Below are positions 13,410 to 25,269 of a stretch of DNA of 64,000 nucleotides, in pieces (within the stretch, counting starts at the first letter, position 1; each line of letters opens with the position of its first letter). This DNA comes from Pristiophorus japonicus. Taxonomy: Eukaryota. The stretch covers positions 62,744,001 through 62,808,000 of the forward strand of contig NC_091996.1 of the NCBI RefSeq assembly GCF_044704955.1. Reading direction: 5' to 3'. The notes under the pieces are model-generated. The model ran no database searches and had not been told where the DNA came from. It saw nothing but the letters and a program-made list of their open reading frames with translations. The position numbers and the translations under genes were made by a program.

Positions 13410-14220
13410 ACAATAATAACTTGCATTTATATAGCGCCTTTAACAGAGCAAAACTTTTCCAAGGGGCTTAACAACAGTGTTATCAATAAAAATGTTGACA
13501 CCGAGCCACAGGAGATATCAGGACAGACGACCAAAAGCTTGGTCAAAGAGATTGGTTTTGAGGAGCATCTAAAGGAGAAGAAAGAGGTAGAGCAGCAAAG
13601 AGGTTTAAGGAGGGAAATCCAGAGCTTAGGGGCAATGCAGCTGAAAGCCAGGCCGCCAATGGTGGAGCGATTAAAATCAGGGATGCAAAAGATGCCAGAA
13701 TTGGAGGAGTGCAGCGATCTCGAAGGCTTGCAGGGCTGGAGGAGGTTACTGAGATAGGGAGGAGTGAGGTCATGGCGAGATTTGAAAACAGGGGATGAGG
13801 ATTTTAAAATTGAGGCGTTGTCGGACCGGGAGCCGATGAAGCTCACCGAGCGCAGGGGTGATGGGTGAACAGGACTTGGTGCGAGTTAAGATACGAGCAG
13901 CAGAGTTTTGGACGAGCACAAGTTTATGTAGGGTGGAAGATGGGAGACCAGCCATAAGTGCATTGAAATGTCAAGTCTAGAGGTAACAAAGTCATGGATG
14001 AGGGTTTCAGCAGCAGATGAGCTGAGGCAGGATCAGAGTCGGGCGAGGTAAAGTCGGCATGGTGACGGAGCCGATATGTGGTCAAGCGCTCTCTTGGGGT
14101 CAAATACAACACCAAGATTGTGAACAGTCTGGTTCAGCTTCAGACAGTAGCCAGGGAGAGGAATGGAACTGGTGCTCAGGGAACAGAGCTTGTGGTGGGG
14201 ATCAAAGACAATAGCTTCTG
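13410..14220 (-). mobile_element. L2-like LINE 3' fragment
   Basis: LAGLPSSTLHKLVLVQNSAARILTRTK...LHRLPVRQR, an L2 ORF2 C-terminal motif. Further decayed L2 pieces at ~12030-12720, 32650-33310, 46185-46450 and 60840-61095. Confidence 0.8.
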
Positions 14221-15490
14221 CAATATAAAATCAGTAAGACTGGGTTGAATCCCCATTTTGCAATTCGGCAATTTAAAAAAATCTCCCAATAATAAATTAT
14301 CCACTGCAACTGGGGGCAAGAAGTTTCAAAATATGAAGATAAATCAATCAGTCTGAAAAATGATAAGATTAGTTTTCAATGAAGTTGAACAAAAGTCCCT
14401 TCCTCTTCAGATGAAAGCATTGCAATGCCCAAGTTCTTTGTAAATTCCAAAATACTGGAAAATGTGTCAAATATTGTGTCAAAATCTAAATTTCCTGGGA
14501 GGTCATGTCACCAGACCCACCCCCTCCCCACACAAAAGTAAAACTGGTGCCTTCAACATTTGAATACCCTTTCAAGTTTAATGTCAGAGGCGCCGTCTTT
14601 CAGATGAGAAGTTAAACCGAGGCCCCATCTGCCCTCCCAGATAGACGTAAAAAGTCCCACAGCACTATTCGGAGAAGAGCAATGAAGTTTGCCAATATTT
14701 ATCCCGCAATAAACATCACTAAAACAAATTATCTGGTCATTATCTCATTGCTGCTTGTAGGACCTTGCAAATTGCAAATTGGCTGCTGCGTTTCCTACAT
14801 TACAACAGCAACTACACTTCAAAAGTACTTCATTGGCTGTAAAGCGCATTCGGACATCCTGAGGTCATGAAAGGCGTTATATAAATGAAAGACTTTTTAC
14901 TTAACAGTGAAGGAATGTTTGGTGTGTTAGCCCATGGTCGACTGCACTTTCAATATAATGCCTTGTTTTCACATGTCAGAGATTTTTATTCAGGGCCACT
15001 GTGGAGATACCAGCTTTTCGGGGGCTGTGTCAGCAAAGGTGTTAGTGTTTGCTCATTTCCTAGGTTAGTGGGTATGTAGAGTGAAATCTCCACAGTGAAA
15101 ATGGAATAACATTGTCATTAAAAGCATAATGAATGTGTCACTGCTCTAAGCGCCAAATGCTGTATTTAACAGAACAAACCTGTGAAACAAAATACATTCT
15201 TGATACTAACAAGTACATGCAGATATAAAGAGGTCACTTCCAATAGTGGGTAATAGTCATGGCATGAGGCCAATACATGCTGTCGGCTATTACACTCGGA
15301 CACTGGATATGGATCTGTTAATTTGGCGCTATATAATTACAAGTTACAAATAAATAGATTTACAAGGATGTTACCAGAAATTATAGGGTATACCTATCAG
15401 GCAAGGATGAACAGGCTGGGTCTCTTTTCTCTGGAAAGCAGAAGGCTGACGGGTGACCTAATAGAGGTCTTTAAAATTATGAAAAGTTTT

Positions 15491-15728
15491 TGTCATGTAT
15501 GTAGACCATGTATACTAACTGTATAGTCACATAAGGTGTGCCACCAGAGGGCACTGCGGTGGGAGACCTGAGGGTCACCTGCATAGGTGTGCAGGGCCCA
15601 GTATAAAAGGCTGCCCACCATGCTTGTGCCTCACTCTGGAGTTACAATAAATGGGACTAAGGTCACAACAGTTCAAGTACAATACTCGACCTCGTGGAGT
15701 CATTCATAAGAGTATTAAAAACATAGCA
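15491..15728 (+). mobile_element. Solo LTR (Gypsy-type) inserted in a CR1 3' fragment
   Basis: TGTCATGT...CATAGCA, internal TATAAAA and AATAAA, perfect 5-bp TSD GTTTT (15486-15490, 15729-15733). Confidence 0.9.
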
Positions 15729-15748
15729 GTTTTGATGGTGTAGACACC

Positions 15749-16779
15749 ATTCAGGGCCACCAGAAAGCTTTTCTTTGGAGTTTTTTCCGCCGGGAGCATT
15801 GAGGCGGCCTCTCGATCGGTTTTCGGCACTTAATACTTTTTTTAACGTTGGACCAGAAGTCGGTCATAGTGGGGTGAAAATGCGACGGTAAGTCTGGAAG
15901 TTGGGGCAGGATCGAAACTCCGCCGCTGTCACTCAATGGTGGAGCGGTGATGTTGTCACAGCGCATGTGCGTCACCAATCTCGCTCCCCTCTGTTAAAGG
16001 GGAGAGAATCGGGAATTCTTTAGCTTTGGCCACTGGGCCACCAGGAAGGGTTTCAGCCGGACCAGTGGCCTGGCACCCAAGAGGGGGTGTCAGGCTGCCT
16101 GTTGGCGGCCTGGCCGAATCTGGGGGTGCAATATTCGGACGACAAAAAAAATAAGATGGCGGCCGCGGCATTCAGCCCTTTCCTTTAATGGCCGCCACAC
16201 CTCCGGGTCAGGGAGAGAGCAGACAAGGTGCACCGACAGAGAAAGCTGTTGGGGGCACTGCACGGCGGAGGAACAATTTTTTAACCTATATTTCAGGCAG
16301 AGTATTCTGCAGGTGAGGGAGAGCGGCAGTGCCCGTTTTGATGACACACTTGCGGCAGTCATCAGAGCGGGGCGGAATTGGGGACAAGCCGAAAAATCCC
16401 CAACCTGAATTTGGGTCTGTTGTGTCTTTAGATGCGTCTGTTGTGTCTTTAGATGCTCTAATAATGACTCCACGAGACAATGTGTTGTACTTGAACTGTA
16501 GTGACCTTAGTCCTTTTTTTGCTAACTCCAGAGTGAGGATCACACCTGGTGGCCTGCCTTTTATACTAGGCCAGGCACACCTGTACAGGTAACCAACAAG
16601 TCTCCCACTGCTGTGCCCTCTGGTGGCATACTTTGTGATAGTACCAACAGTAGCCATGTAGGATACATGACAGGGTCGGGGTGACCATTGGACTACAACA
16701 TAGCGGCCACTTGGTTCCGCCGCATGGCCGCTGCAAAACGGCGGCAACGGGACTTATCGGGACCCTGAATTTCGGCCCC
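15749..16779. mobile_element. GC-rich non-autonomous element, probably a DNA-transposon remnant with one terminal ...GAATTTCGGCCCC end, inside a CR1 fragment
   Basis: CR1 3' sequence stops at ~15748 and resumes at ~16780; the interval is CpG-rich, non-coding and hosts a solo LTR. Confidence 0.5.
16418..16672 (-). mobile_element. Second, related solo LTR in the opposite orientation
   Basis: Reverse complement starts TGTCATGTAT and shares blocks with 15491-15728 (gccaccagagggcac, cctcactctggagtta, ggactaaggtcac); perfect TSD GGGTC (16413-16417, 16673-16677); 21-bp duplication at its left end. Confidence 0.9.
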
Positions 16780-17169
16780 ACAGTTTCCACTTGTGGAGAA
16801 GAGCAAAACTAGAGACCATCAATATAAGATAATCACCAAGAAATCAAATAGGGAATTCAGAAGAAACTTCTTTACCCAGAGAGTGGTGAGAATGTGGAAC
16901 TCGCTACCACAGAGAGCGATTGAAGCGAATAGTGTAGATGTATTTAAGGGACAGTTAGATAAGCATGAGGGAGAAGGTTATACTGAAAGGGTTAAATGAG
17001 AAAAGAAGGGAGGAGGCTCAAATAGAGCATGAACACTGGCATGGGCTGATTGGGCCGACTGCCTGTTTGCGTGCTACATATCCTACGTAAGTTGTTGCAG
17101 AGACGAAAACATCTAGTTTCCTTCTTTATTAAAAAATATATAAAGCTCCCTCCCGCTTCATTCTGCTGA

Positions 17170-17650
17170 CCTCAGCGCCCGTGAACCAGGATTAGCGCGC
17201 AGGCCCTGCGCAGAAGATGACGAGCTGGGAAAGCATCGGTCACGTGGCCTCCCCGGCAGCCAATCACGCTGTGTGTGAGCGCGGGGTCAGGGGTGAAAGC
17301 TGAAGAGACGGCCGTGTGCGGCGCTCGAGCCAGTGAGTGGTCAGGTGAGAGAGTGTGTGCCGCACTGAGATAATCACAAGCGTTTATTGTAAACAGACTG
17401 CGGTTTGTTATTGGAATTCAATCGTTGTATTTACCGTCCGGTTCTCGCGCGGGGGTTCCGGTCTGTTTGCGATCCCGTTATTAACGCTCGAGGAGAGGAG
17501 GAGGGCCTTGGTCACGTGGGACTGGTCCAAAGGCGCTGGTCGCCCTTGGTAACCGGTCGGCCCCAGCAACCAGTGAGGGAGGCGTGTGAGACCCTGCCCC
17601 GCTGAGGTGGGTGCGGGCTGCACACGGCGCTTTCCCTCCCTCCCGGTCCG
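17170..17650 (+). promoter_or_regulatory. POLE3: POLE3 CpG-rich promoter and probable non-coding exon 1 (donor CAG|gtgaga at 17344/17345; possible alternative donor GAG|gtgggt at 17606)
   Basis: CpG-rich non-repeat island 4 kb upstream of the ATG exon; NRF1-like GCGCAGGCCCTGCGCA (~17197-17212), E-box CACGTG at 17241 and 17513, CCAAT at 17260. Confidence 0.72.
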
Positions 17651-17699
17651 GGTTATGATGAATGCAAACCTTCGTTTCATGAAGACTTGAAAGAAAGGA

Positions 17700-18153
17700 A
17701 TGAAAGACTTTGATTTACATCGCGCCTTTCACGACCATTGGACGTGTTAAAGTGCATTACAGCTAATGAAGTACCTTTGGATTGTAGTCACCGTTGTAAT
17801 GTAGGAAATGCAGTGGCCAATTTGTGCACAGTAAGCTCCCACACACAGCAATATGATAATGACCAGATAATCTGTTTTTGTTATGTTGATTTAAGGGATC
17901 AGTATTGTCCAGGATACTGGCTATAACTTCCCTGCTATTCTTTGAACTAGTGCCATGGGATCTTTTATGTCCACCCAAAAGAGCAGATGGGGTCTCTGTT
18001 TAATGTCTCATCTGAAAGGTGGCACCTCTGACAGTGCAGCGCTCCCTCAGTACTGCACTGGAGTGTCAGCCTAGATTTATGTGCTCAAGTTCCTGGAGTG
18101 GGACTTGAACCCACATTCTGAGGCGAGTGTGCTACCCACTGAGCCACAGCTGA
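17700..18153 (-). mobile_element. tRNA-derived Deu-domain SINE (SacSINE1-like)
   Basis: Minus strand has box A TGGCTCAGTGG, box B GGTTCAAGTCC, a Deu-like core ggtgccacctttcagatgagacattaaac and an L2-like tail. Partial copies at ~14590-14890 (+) and ~20520-20850 (+). Confidence 0.8.
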
Positions 18154-18189
18154 TAGTAAATCTAGGTTGACACTCCATAGAATCATAGA

Positions 18190-20520
18190 AATCCAGGCTG
18201 CCACTCCATAGAAATTTATAGCACACAAGGTGGCCATTTGGCCCATTGTGTCTGCCAGCTGAAAAAGCTATCCAGCCTAATCCCACTTTCCAGCTCTTGT
18301 TCTGTAGCTGTGTAAGTTACAGCACTTTAAGTGCATATTCAAGTACTAAAATGCAATGAGTAATTCTGCCTCTACCCCACTTTCAGGCAGTGAGTTCTAG
18401 ACCCCCTGCTACCTGCTGGGTGAAAAAAGTTCTTCTCAACTCCTTTCTAATCCTTCTATTGATTACTTTAAATCTATGCCCCCTAGTTATTGACCATTCT
18501 GTTTAGGACAATTGGCCCTTCATATCCACTCTATATATCTAGTCTCAATTTTGTGCACCTCAATCCAGTCTCTCCCTCTGCCTCCTCTGTTCCAAAGAAA
18601 ACAACCCCAGTCTATTAAATCTTTCCTCCATAAATAAAATTCCCCAGGCCTGGCAACATCCTTGTAAATCTTCTCTGTACCCTCTCTAGTGCAGTCACAT
18701 CTTTCCTGTAATGTGGTGACCAGAACTGTATGTAGTACTCTAGCTGATGTTTTATGCAGTTCAACCATAACCTCCCTGCTCTTGCATTCTATGCCTTGGC
18801 TATTAAAGGAAAGTATCCTGTATGCTTTCTTAGCCACCTTATCTACCTGTCTTAGCTTCAGGGATCTGTGGACATGTACTTTAAGGTCTCTCTGTTCCTT
18901 TACACATCTTAGTATCCTGCCATTTATTGTGTATTCCCTTGCTTTGTTGGCCCTCCCCAAATTCTCCAGATTGAATTCCATTTGCCACTTTTCTGCCCAC
19001 CTGATCAGTCCATTTGATATCTTCCTGCAGTCTACAACTTTCTTCCTCACTTTCAACCACACAGCCAATTTTTCTATAATTTGCAAACTTAATCATGCCC
19101 CCCACATTGAAACATAGAAAATAGGTGCAAGGGTAGGCCTTTTGGCCTTTTGAGCCTGCACCACCATTCAATATGATCATGGCTGATCATGCAACTTCAG
19201 TACTCCATTCCTGCTTTCGCTCCATACCCCTTGATCCCTTTAGCTGTAAGGGCCACATCGAACACTCTTTTGAATATATCTAACGAACTGGCCTCACCAA
19301 CTTTCTGTGGTAGAGAATTCCACAGGTTCACAATTCTCTGAGTGAAGAATTTTCTCCTCATCTTGGTCCTAAATGGCTTGCCCCTTATCCTTAGACTGTG
19401 ACCCCTGGTTCTGGACTTCCCCAACATTGGGAACATTCTTCCTGCATCTAACCTGTCCAATCCTGTCAGAATTTTATATGTTTCTATGAGATCCCCTCTC
19501 ATTCATCTAAATTCCAGTGAATATAAGCCTAGTCGATCCAGTCTTTCTTCAAGTGTCAGTCCTGCCATCCTGGGAATCAGTCTGGTGAACCTTTGCTGCA
19601 CTCCCTCAATAGCAAGAATGTCCTTCCTCCAGATTAGAAGACCAACACTCAAGGTGTGGCCTCATGAAGGTCCTATACAACTGCAGTAAGACCTCCCTGC
19701 TCCTATACGCAAATCCTCTCACTGTAGGCCAACATGCCATTTGCCTTCTTCACTGCCTGCTGTACCTGCATGCCAACTTTCAATGACTGATGTACCATGA
19801 CACCCAGGTCTCGTTGCACCTCCCCTTTTCCTAATCTGTCAACATTCAGATAATATTCTGCCTTCCTGTTTTTTGCCCCCAAAGTGGATAATCTCACATT
19901 TATCTACGTTATACTGCATCTGCCATGCATTTGCCCACTCGCCTAACCTATCCAAGTCACCCTGCAGCCTCTTAGCATCCTCCTCACAGCTCAGACTGCC
20001 ACCCAGCTTAGAGTCATCTGCAAACTTTGAGAGAGTGCATTCAATTCCTTCGTCTAAATCATTAATGTATATTGTAAATAGCTGGGGTCCCAGCACTGAA
20101 CCTTTCGGTACCCCACTAGTCACTGCCTGAAAAGGACCCATTTATTCCTACTCTTTGTTTCCTGTCTGCCAATTAGTTCTCTATCCACGTCAATACATTA
20201 CTCCCATTACCATGTGCTTTAATTTTACACACTAATCTCTTGTGTGGGACCTTGTCAAAAGTCTTTTGAAAGTCTAAATCATTGGTATATACCACAAAAA
20301 GCAAGGGTCCTAGTACTGAGCCCTGCTGAACCTCACTGAAACTGTCTTCCAGTTGCAAAAATACCCGTTGACTGTTCCCCTTTGCTTCCTGCCACTACCT
20401 AACTGGATACAACTTGCCACTTTCCCTGGAATTCTGACCAGTCTGCCATGTGGGACCTTGTCAAAAGACTTGCTAAAATCCATGTTGACTACATCAAACG
20501 CGCTATCCGCATCGACCCTC
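18190..20520 (-). mobile_element. Two nested CR1 LINE 3' fragments (younger copy ~19108-20275)
   Basis: ORFs with [26 protein letters not shown] and RGDLIETYKIL; the second element has its own tail (acatagaaaatagg). Confidence 0.85.
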
Positions 20521-21562
20521 CAGTGCAGTACTGAGAGAGTGTGGAACTGTCGGAGGTGATTTTCTTTCGGATGAAACAAACTTCCATCTCGGGTGGATGT
20601 AAAAGATCCATGGCACAATTTTGAAGATGAACCGGGGAGTTCTCCCTGATGTCCTGGTCAATATTTATCCCTCAACCAACATCACTGGCCATTGTCATAT
20701 TGCTGTTTGTGGGACCTTGCTGTGCACAAATTGGCTGCTGTGTTTCCTACATTACAACAGTAACAGTGACTACAATTCAAAAGTACTGTACTTAATTGTC
20801 GTGCGCTTTGGGATATTGAGGTCGTAAAGGCGTTAAGTAAATGCAAGTCTTTTTTGGTTGGGCACAGCTTTTCAGTATAAGTTTTTATCACGAGGTATAG
20901 AATATAAAAGGTAATGAGGACTTGATCTAAAACCTTGAATGCCTTGGGTAGAGTACAGTATTGGGCTCCACATTATATGGATAATATTGAGTCTTTAAAG
21001 AGGGTATAGTGCAGATTCATGTGGATGCTGTTGGGTATGAGGAAATACAAATATGAAGAAAAATGTGAAAGTTGGGTCGTTTTCTATTGAAACACTGCAA
21101 ATTACAGGGTGATGCGATAGGATGGGACAAGTATACAGTGCACTGTTTTCAGTATGGAGTCTCTCCACCACACATCTGCCCCAGTATGTGATCTTCCCCA
21201 CCGCGGATCCATCCCAGTATAGAATCTCCCACGTCGACTGCCTCCCAGTGATGCAAGGTGGATATGGACCTTGGATCATCTGATAATGTGGGGGAAGCCA
21301 ATAAAATGTAAATGTATGCTCCCTGCCTTACTAGCCAGCCAATGCCCAAACAGCTAAGAATGCATTGCTTATTGTTCGTTCATCCAAAAATGCATAGCTA
21401 CCTATAATCTTTGTCCAAGATATTGGGTCTTGGCCAATGGTGTCTGGTTTGAGGGTTCGGGGGTAGTTCTGGAATTGTGAGAGGAATGTCTCAGCTGCTC
21501 CTGGTTTGTCACAATTCTAACCATCTGAATTGGTTTCTGTATTTGCGGTTTAGGTAAGAAAG

Positions 21563-21628
21563 ATGGCCGAGAGACCAGAAGACTTGAACCTGCCGAATGC
21601 GGTCATTACCAGGATTATTAAAGAGGCG
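21563..21628 (+). CDS. POLE3: DNA polymerase epsilon subunit 3 (CHRAC17, histone fold), coding exon 1
   Basis: Encodes [22 protein letters not shown], the vertebrate POLE3 N-terminus. Acceptor tttag at 21553 (exon starts 21554); donor GCG|gtgagc. Confidence 0.97.
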
Positions 21629-23264
21629 GTGAGCACTGATGGAGTTTCTCATGGTTTAGACAGGGATCTGTATTCACAAATTTTACTCATTTAATTCCAT
21701 AAGATTAGTGAATGGCATTTTCACATCTCGAGACATTACTGCTATTCTTCTGCAACCAATATCTGAAAAATGCATAATTTATTTTCCTAATAAATGAGCA
21801 GGATTTCTTTTATTGCTTAGTTGTTCACCTGGTTGTGAGTGAATACGTTAATTATAAATTGTTTTTCATGAGCTGATTTTGGATTTTAAGTTGTACAGCT
21901 GGGTAAGTGATACCTGGCAGCGGAGTGACTGTCCTGTGAACAGTGTTTTTTTTTAAAATTCTGATAACTTTGGAATATCCATCAGCATTTTATCTTGAAA
22001 AATTGTATTAAATAGAAAATCATGTACAATAGGAGGGAATGGCCCCAGTACGTTAACATACAGTGAGGGTGAATGGATTAATTTCGATACGGTTTGTGAC
22101 AAAAACTGATTTTTTTAGTAAATTCTTTCTTGCTGGTCATAGCACACGGTGAAAATTGATGACGGCTAGTCGTTTCTGCAAGCTGTAGTGTGTGTGTGTG
22201 TTTCTTTTACTCATTCATGGGATGTGGGTATTGCTGACGAGATCTGCATTTATTGCCCATCCATACTTGCCCTTGAGAAGATGGTGGTGAGCCACCGCCT
22301 TGAACCGCTGCAGTTTGTGTGGTGAAGGTACTCCCACAGTGCTTTTGGGGAGAGAGTTCCAGGATTTTTAATCAGCGATGTTGAAGGAATGGCGATATTC
22401 CCAAATCAGGATGGTGTGTGACTTAGAGGGGAACTTATGCTCCCGCAATTCCAAGGGCACAGATTGAGTGTGTATGGCATGTAGCTGGTTTAGCCATCCA
22501 TCACCAGATCTGGCTGGAACACATTGAGTCACTCTCTTCTACCAAAACTGCTCACTGCTCCAATATCATCCTGGTGAGCAAATATAACTCACTCCCCCCC
22601 CCCCCCCCCCCCCAACCCTTAGCAGCTTTTTAACTCCACTACCATCTGTCTCCTTTCATTTCCTACATTACAACAGTGACTACACTCCAAAAGTACTTCA
22701 TAGGCTCTAAAGCGCTTTGAGATGTCCAATGGTTGTGAAAGGTGCTATATAAATGCAAGTCTTTTCTTAAACCCCTCTCCCCGTCCCTTCATCCTCCCCT
22801 CCAACAACAAGTGCGAGGAGCTCATGAATGTCTGTCACTAAGTTTGAGACACTCTGTTCAATTGCTTATGCTGCTTTTTCCCCTTCTTTACCCGCCAAGC
22901 AAAGCCTTCCCAAAAGCTACTCCATGCCCTCGTCCTGAACCCATTTCTCTCCAGCTTTTCTATTTTCCATTTTTTGAGTGTGCATTGTGCAGTGGTTTGG
23001 AGCATATTTCTACATTAAAGGTGCTATAGAAATGCAAGTTGTTGTTGCAGACCACAGTCAGTCTAAAACTAAGCTGAGGCTCATCAGAAGGCTATGGCAG
23101 TGATTGCATACACCCCCCCACCCCCCCCCCCCCCCGGGTGTTTGGAAGGTTAGTTTAATGTTGAGGTAAGTTAGTGCATACAAAGTACCACTGTTGTTTT
23201 GATTCCAAGTAAAATAGTGAAGTCTATATTTACTGCATACTATGTGTTCAATACTATGCATTTA

Positions 23265-23563
23265 CAGGTACAGCATTGAAAATCCAGAAGCCTCTGAAAT
23301 GATGCCTTTCTGGACTTTTGGATGTCTTTCTGACGTCCAGAATCCGGAAACGCCTGAGCCCAGGTTCGTGTATTTCTCGACTTTGGAACGTCTGGAGGTG
23401 GGAGGGTGAAGGAAGGAGCGGAGGGGCCTGGGGAGTCGGCGGGGGAGAGGTCAGATTCTGGAACATTTTCTGGATTCCGGATGATCCTGCCACGGATCGT
23501 CCCAGTGTCCGGATTCTGGAATGGTACGGATTCCTGAAATCCAGATTTTCGACAATGTACCTG
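23265..23563. mobile_element. Tc1/mariner-pogo-type MITE
   Basis: Imperfect TIRs CAGGTACA.../...TGTACCTG flanked by TA on both sides; internal TCCGGA-like subrepeats. Confidence 0.7.
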
Positions 23564-24710
23564 TACCACTTTAATGTTCAATAAATGTGCCTAGTGGTTT
23601 ATAGCCTGAGCTACGGTCTGTTAGAATGCAAGTTTCTACTCATTTGCAGTGAAAGGGAAAGCATTGGGTTTCTGTAAAGCACTAGTTTTCAAACCTTTCT
23701 GTGTGCATGCAAATATCAGCGCGCTGCCGAAGTTCTGAAATAGGCACCTCTGTCCTTATTTCCAAAAGACACAGCCAGTTACTCAAAGATAAACAGCACT
23801 ATCATTGCAGAATTTTTTTTATTTTATTAGCTTACCGTAATGGAAGTAAGTTGCTAATATGTCATTAAATACATAGGTCCGATGAGATGGACAGAAATGT
23901 CATTACCTCAAGGAGCCCCGTTCTCTGGATTGCCTTGTGGACTCCAGTTTGTAAACCTATGTTGTACAATGGGAGTGAATATGAAGGGGTTTGATTCATT
24001 GTGTATCTATGCACAAGGGTGATGAATAGCAAGAGTTGGGCCTTCTGGGTTTGTATGCAATGGGAGTGAATGGCGAGGGGTTGGGAGTGCTGGGTTTTTA
24101 AGCTGATCTATTTGGTTCCCACACTGTAAAAATGAATGTAAAGTGGTTAGACCCACTGGGTTTTTATACAATTGGAGTGATCGAGAAGGGGTTAGATCCA
24201 TTGGCTTTCTATACATTTGGTTTGGTCCCTTGGAATTCTGCACAGTGGGAGTAAATGGAAAATGTTGGGTTCCTTCAGTTTTTGTACAATGGAAATGAAT
24301 GAGAGATTGTGCTTTGATGAGGGTTGTTTATTTGCAGATGACATTAAGGATAAGTAGAACAAGTGCAGCCTTTGTTACCTGAAATGGGTACTTGGATAAT
24401 CAAGCAAGGAAGCACTTTGCATTACTATATGGCATCACATAAGGGCTTGAGATTGATTACTGGAGTGGGGTGATGTAGAGTTCCAGAAAACTCTCTTCCT
24501 TGCTAACCCTCAGGTTAATAAGTATTGCAATCTTGGACGTCAAATATCAGCTTGTGAACAATAAAATTGCTGGACGTTGGCTGTATGGCTGATTGTTAAA
24601 AGACTATCTATGAGCACAACTGTGATTAATCAATAGAATTACTGTAGTATAAAGCTAGTTTGTCTTTTTTCTGACAGCATGCAGTGGTATTAATTTATTT
24701 ATTCTCTTAG

Positions 24711-24796
24711 CTTCCAGATGGCGTGAACATCTCAAAGGAAGCCCGCAGCGCAATATCCCGAGCAGCTAGTGTCTTTGTTCTTTATGCAACCTCCTG
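24711..24796 (+). CDS. POLE3: POLE3 coding exon 2
   Basis: cttag|LPDGVNISKEARSAISRAASVFVLYATS(C)|gtaaga; 86 nt, ends in phase 2. Confidence 0.97.
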
Positions 24797-25269
24797 GTAA
24801 GAAACTTCATGTGAGCAGTAAAGCCCTATGGCCAAGCGGCTCCCTGTAATTCTAGCATGTCTCCTCTGTTTGGTTCAATTGCAGAGTTACCACTGTGGTA
24901 AAGCTTTGTTTTTATGACTTTGCAAATTTAGTGATCCAAGTGAAAGATGTAAAGAAAGAAAAAAAAAACTTGCATTGATATAGCGCCTTTCACAACCTCG
25001 GGACGTCCCAAAGCGCTGTCGGCATCAAACTATTCCTCAACTGGAATTGCATGGTTACAGATACAATAAAGCTCCCTCCACTCTGCCCTGTCAAAGTTGG
25101 CATCTGAGTGAGTTTCCCAATTTAGTGCTGCTTAATGAGCAGCTTTCCTAATAGACCTATGACTTGTAGGAATTAGATAAGAGACTATTTGAACTGGTTT
25201 TACATTGGACCCTGCAATTAGCAGAGAGGAGATTTCACCCTCGCTCTGGGCTGCATTTGAATGCAGATT

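Larger units (their letters stand above)
15350..17085 (+). mobile_element. CR1 LINE 3' fragment, host of the three insertions above
   Basis: RMNRLGLFSLESRRLTGDLIEVFKIMK ... RRNFFTQRVVRMWNSLP, the CR1 ORF2 C-terminus. Confidence 0.85.

Noticed and set aside
15491-16672. Two LTR-like sequences as the ends of a single element
   Set aside because: They are inverted, diverged and each has its own distinct perfect TSD, so they are independent solo LTRs.
15750-16780. CpG island or promoter of an unknown gene
   Set aside because: It interrupts a CR1 that resumes on the other side, so it is an inserted element.
18095-18153. tRNA-like A and B boxes (also ~55765-55826)
   Set aside because: These are SINE heads followed by a Deu core and LINE-like tail; no complete cloverleaf.
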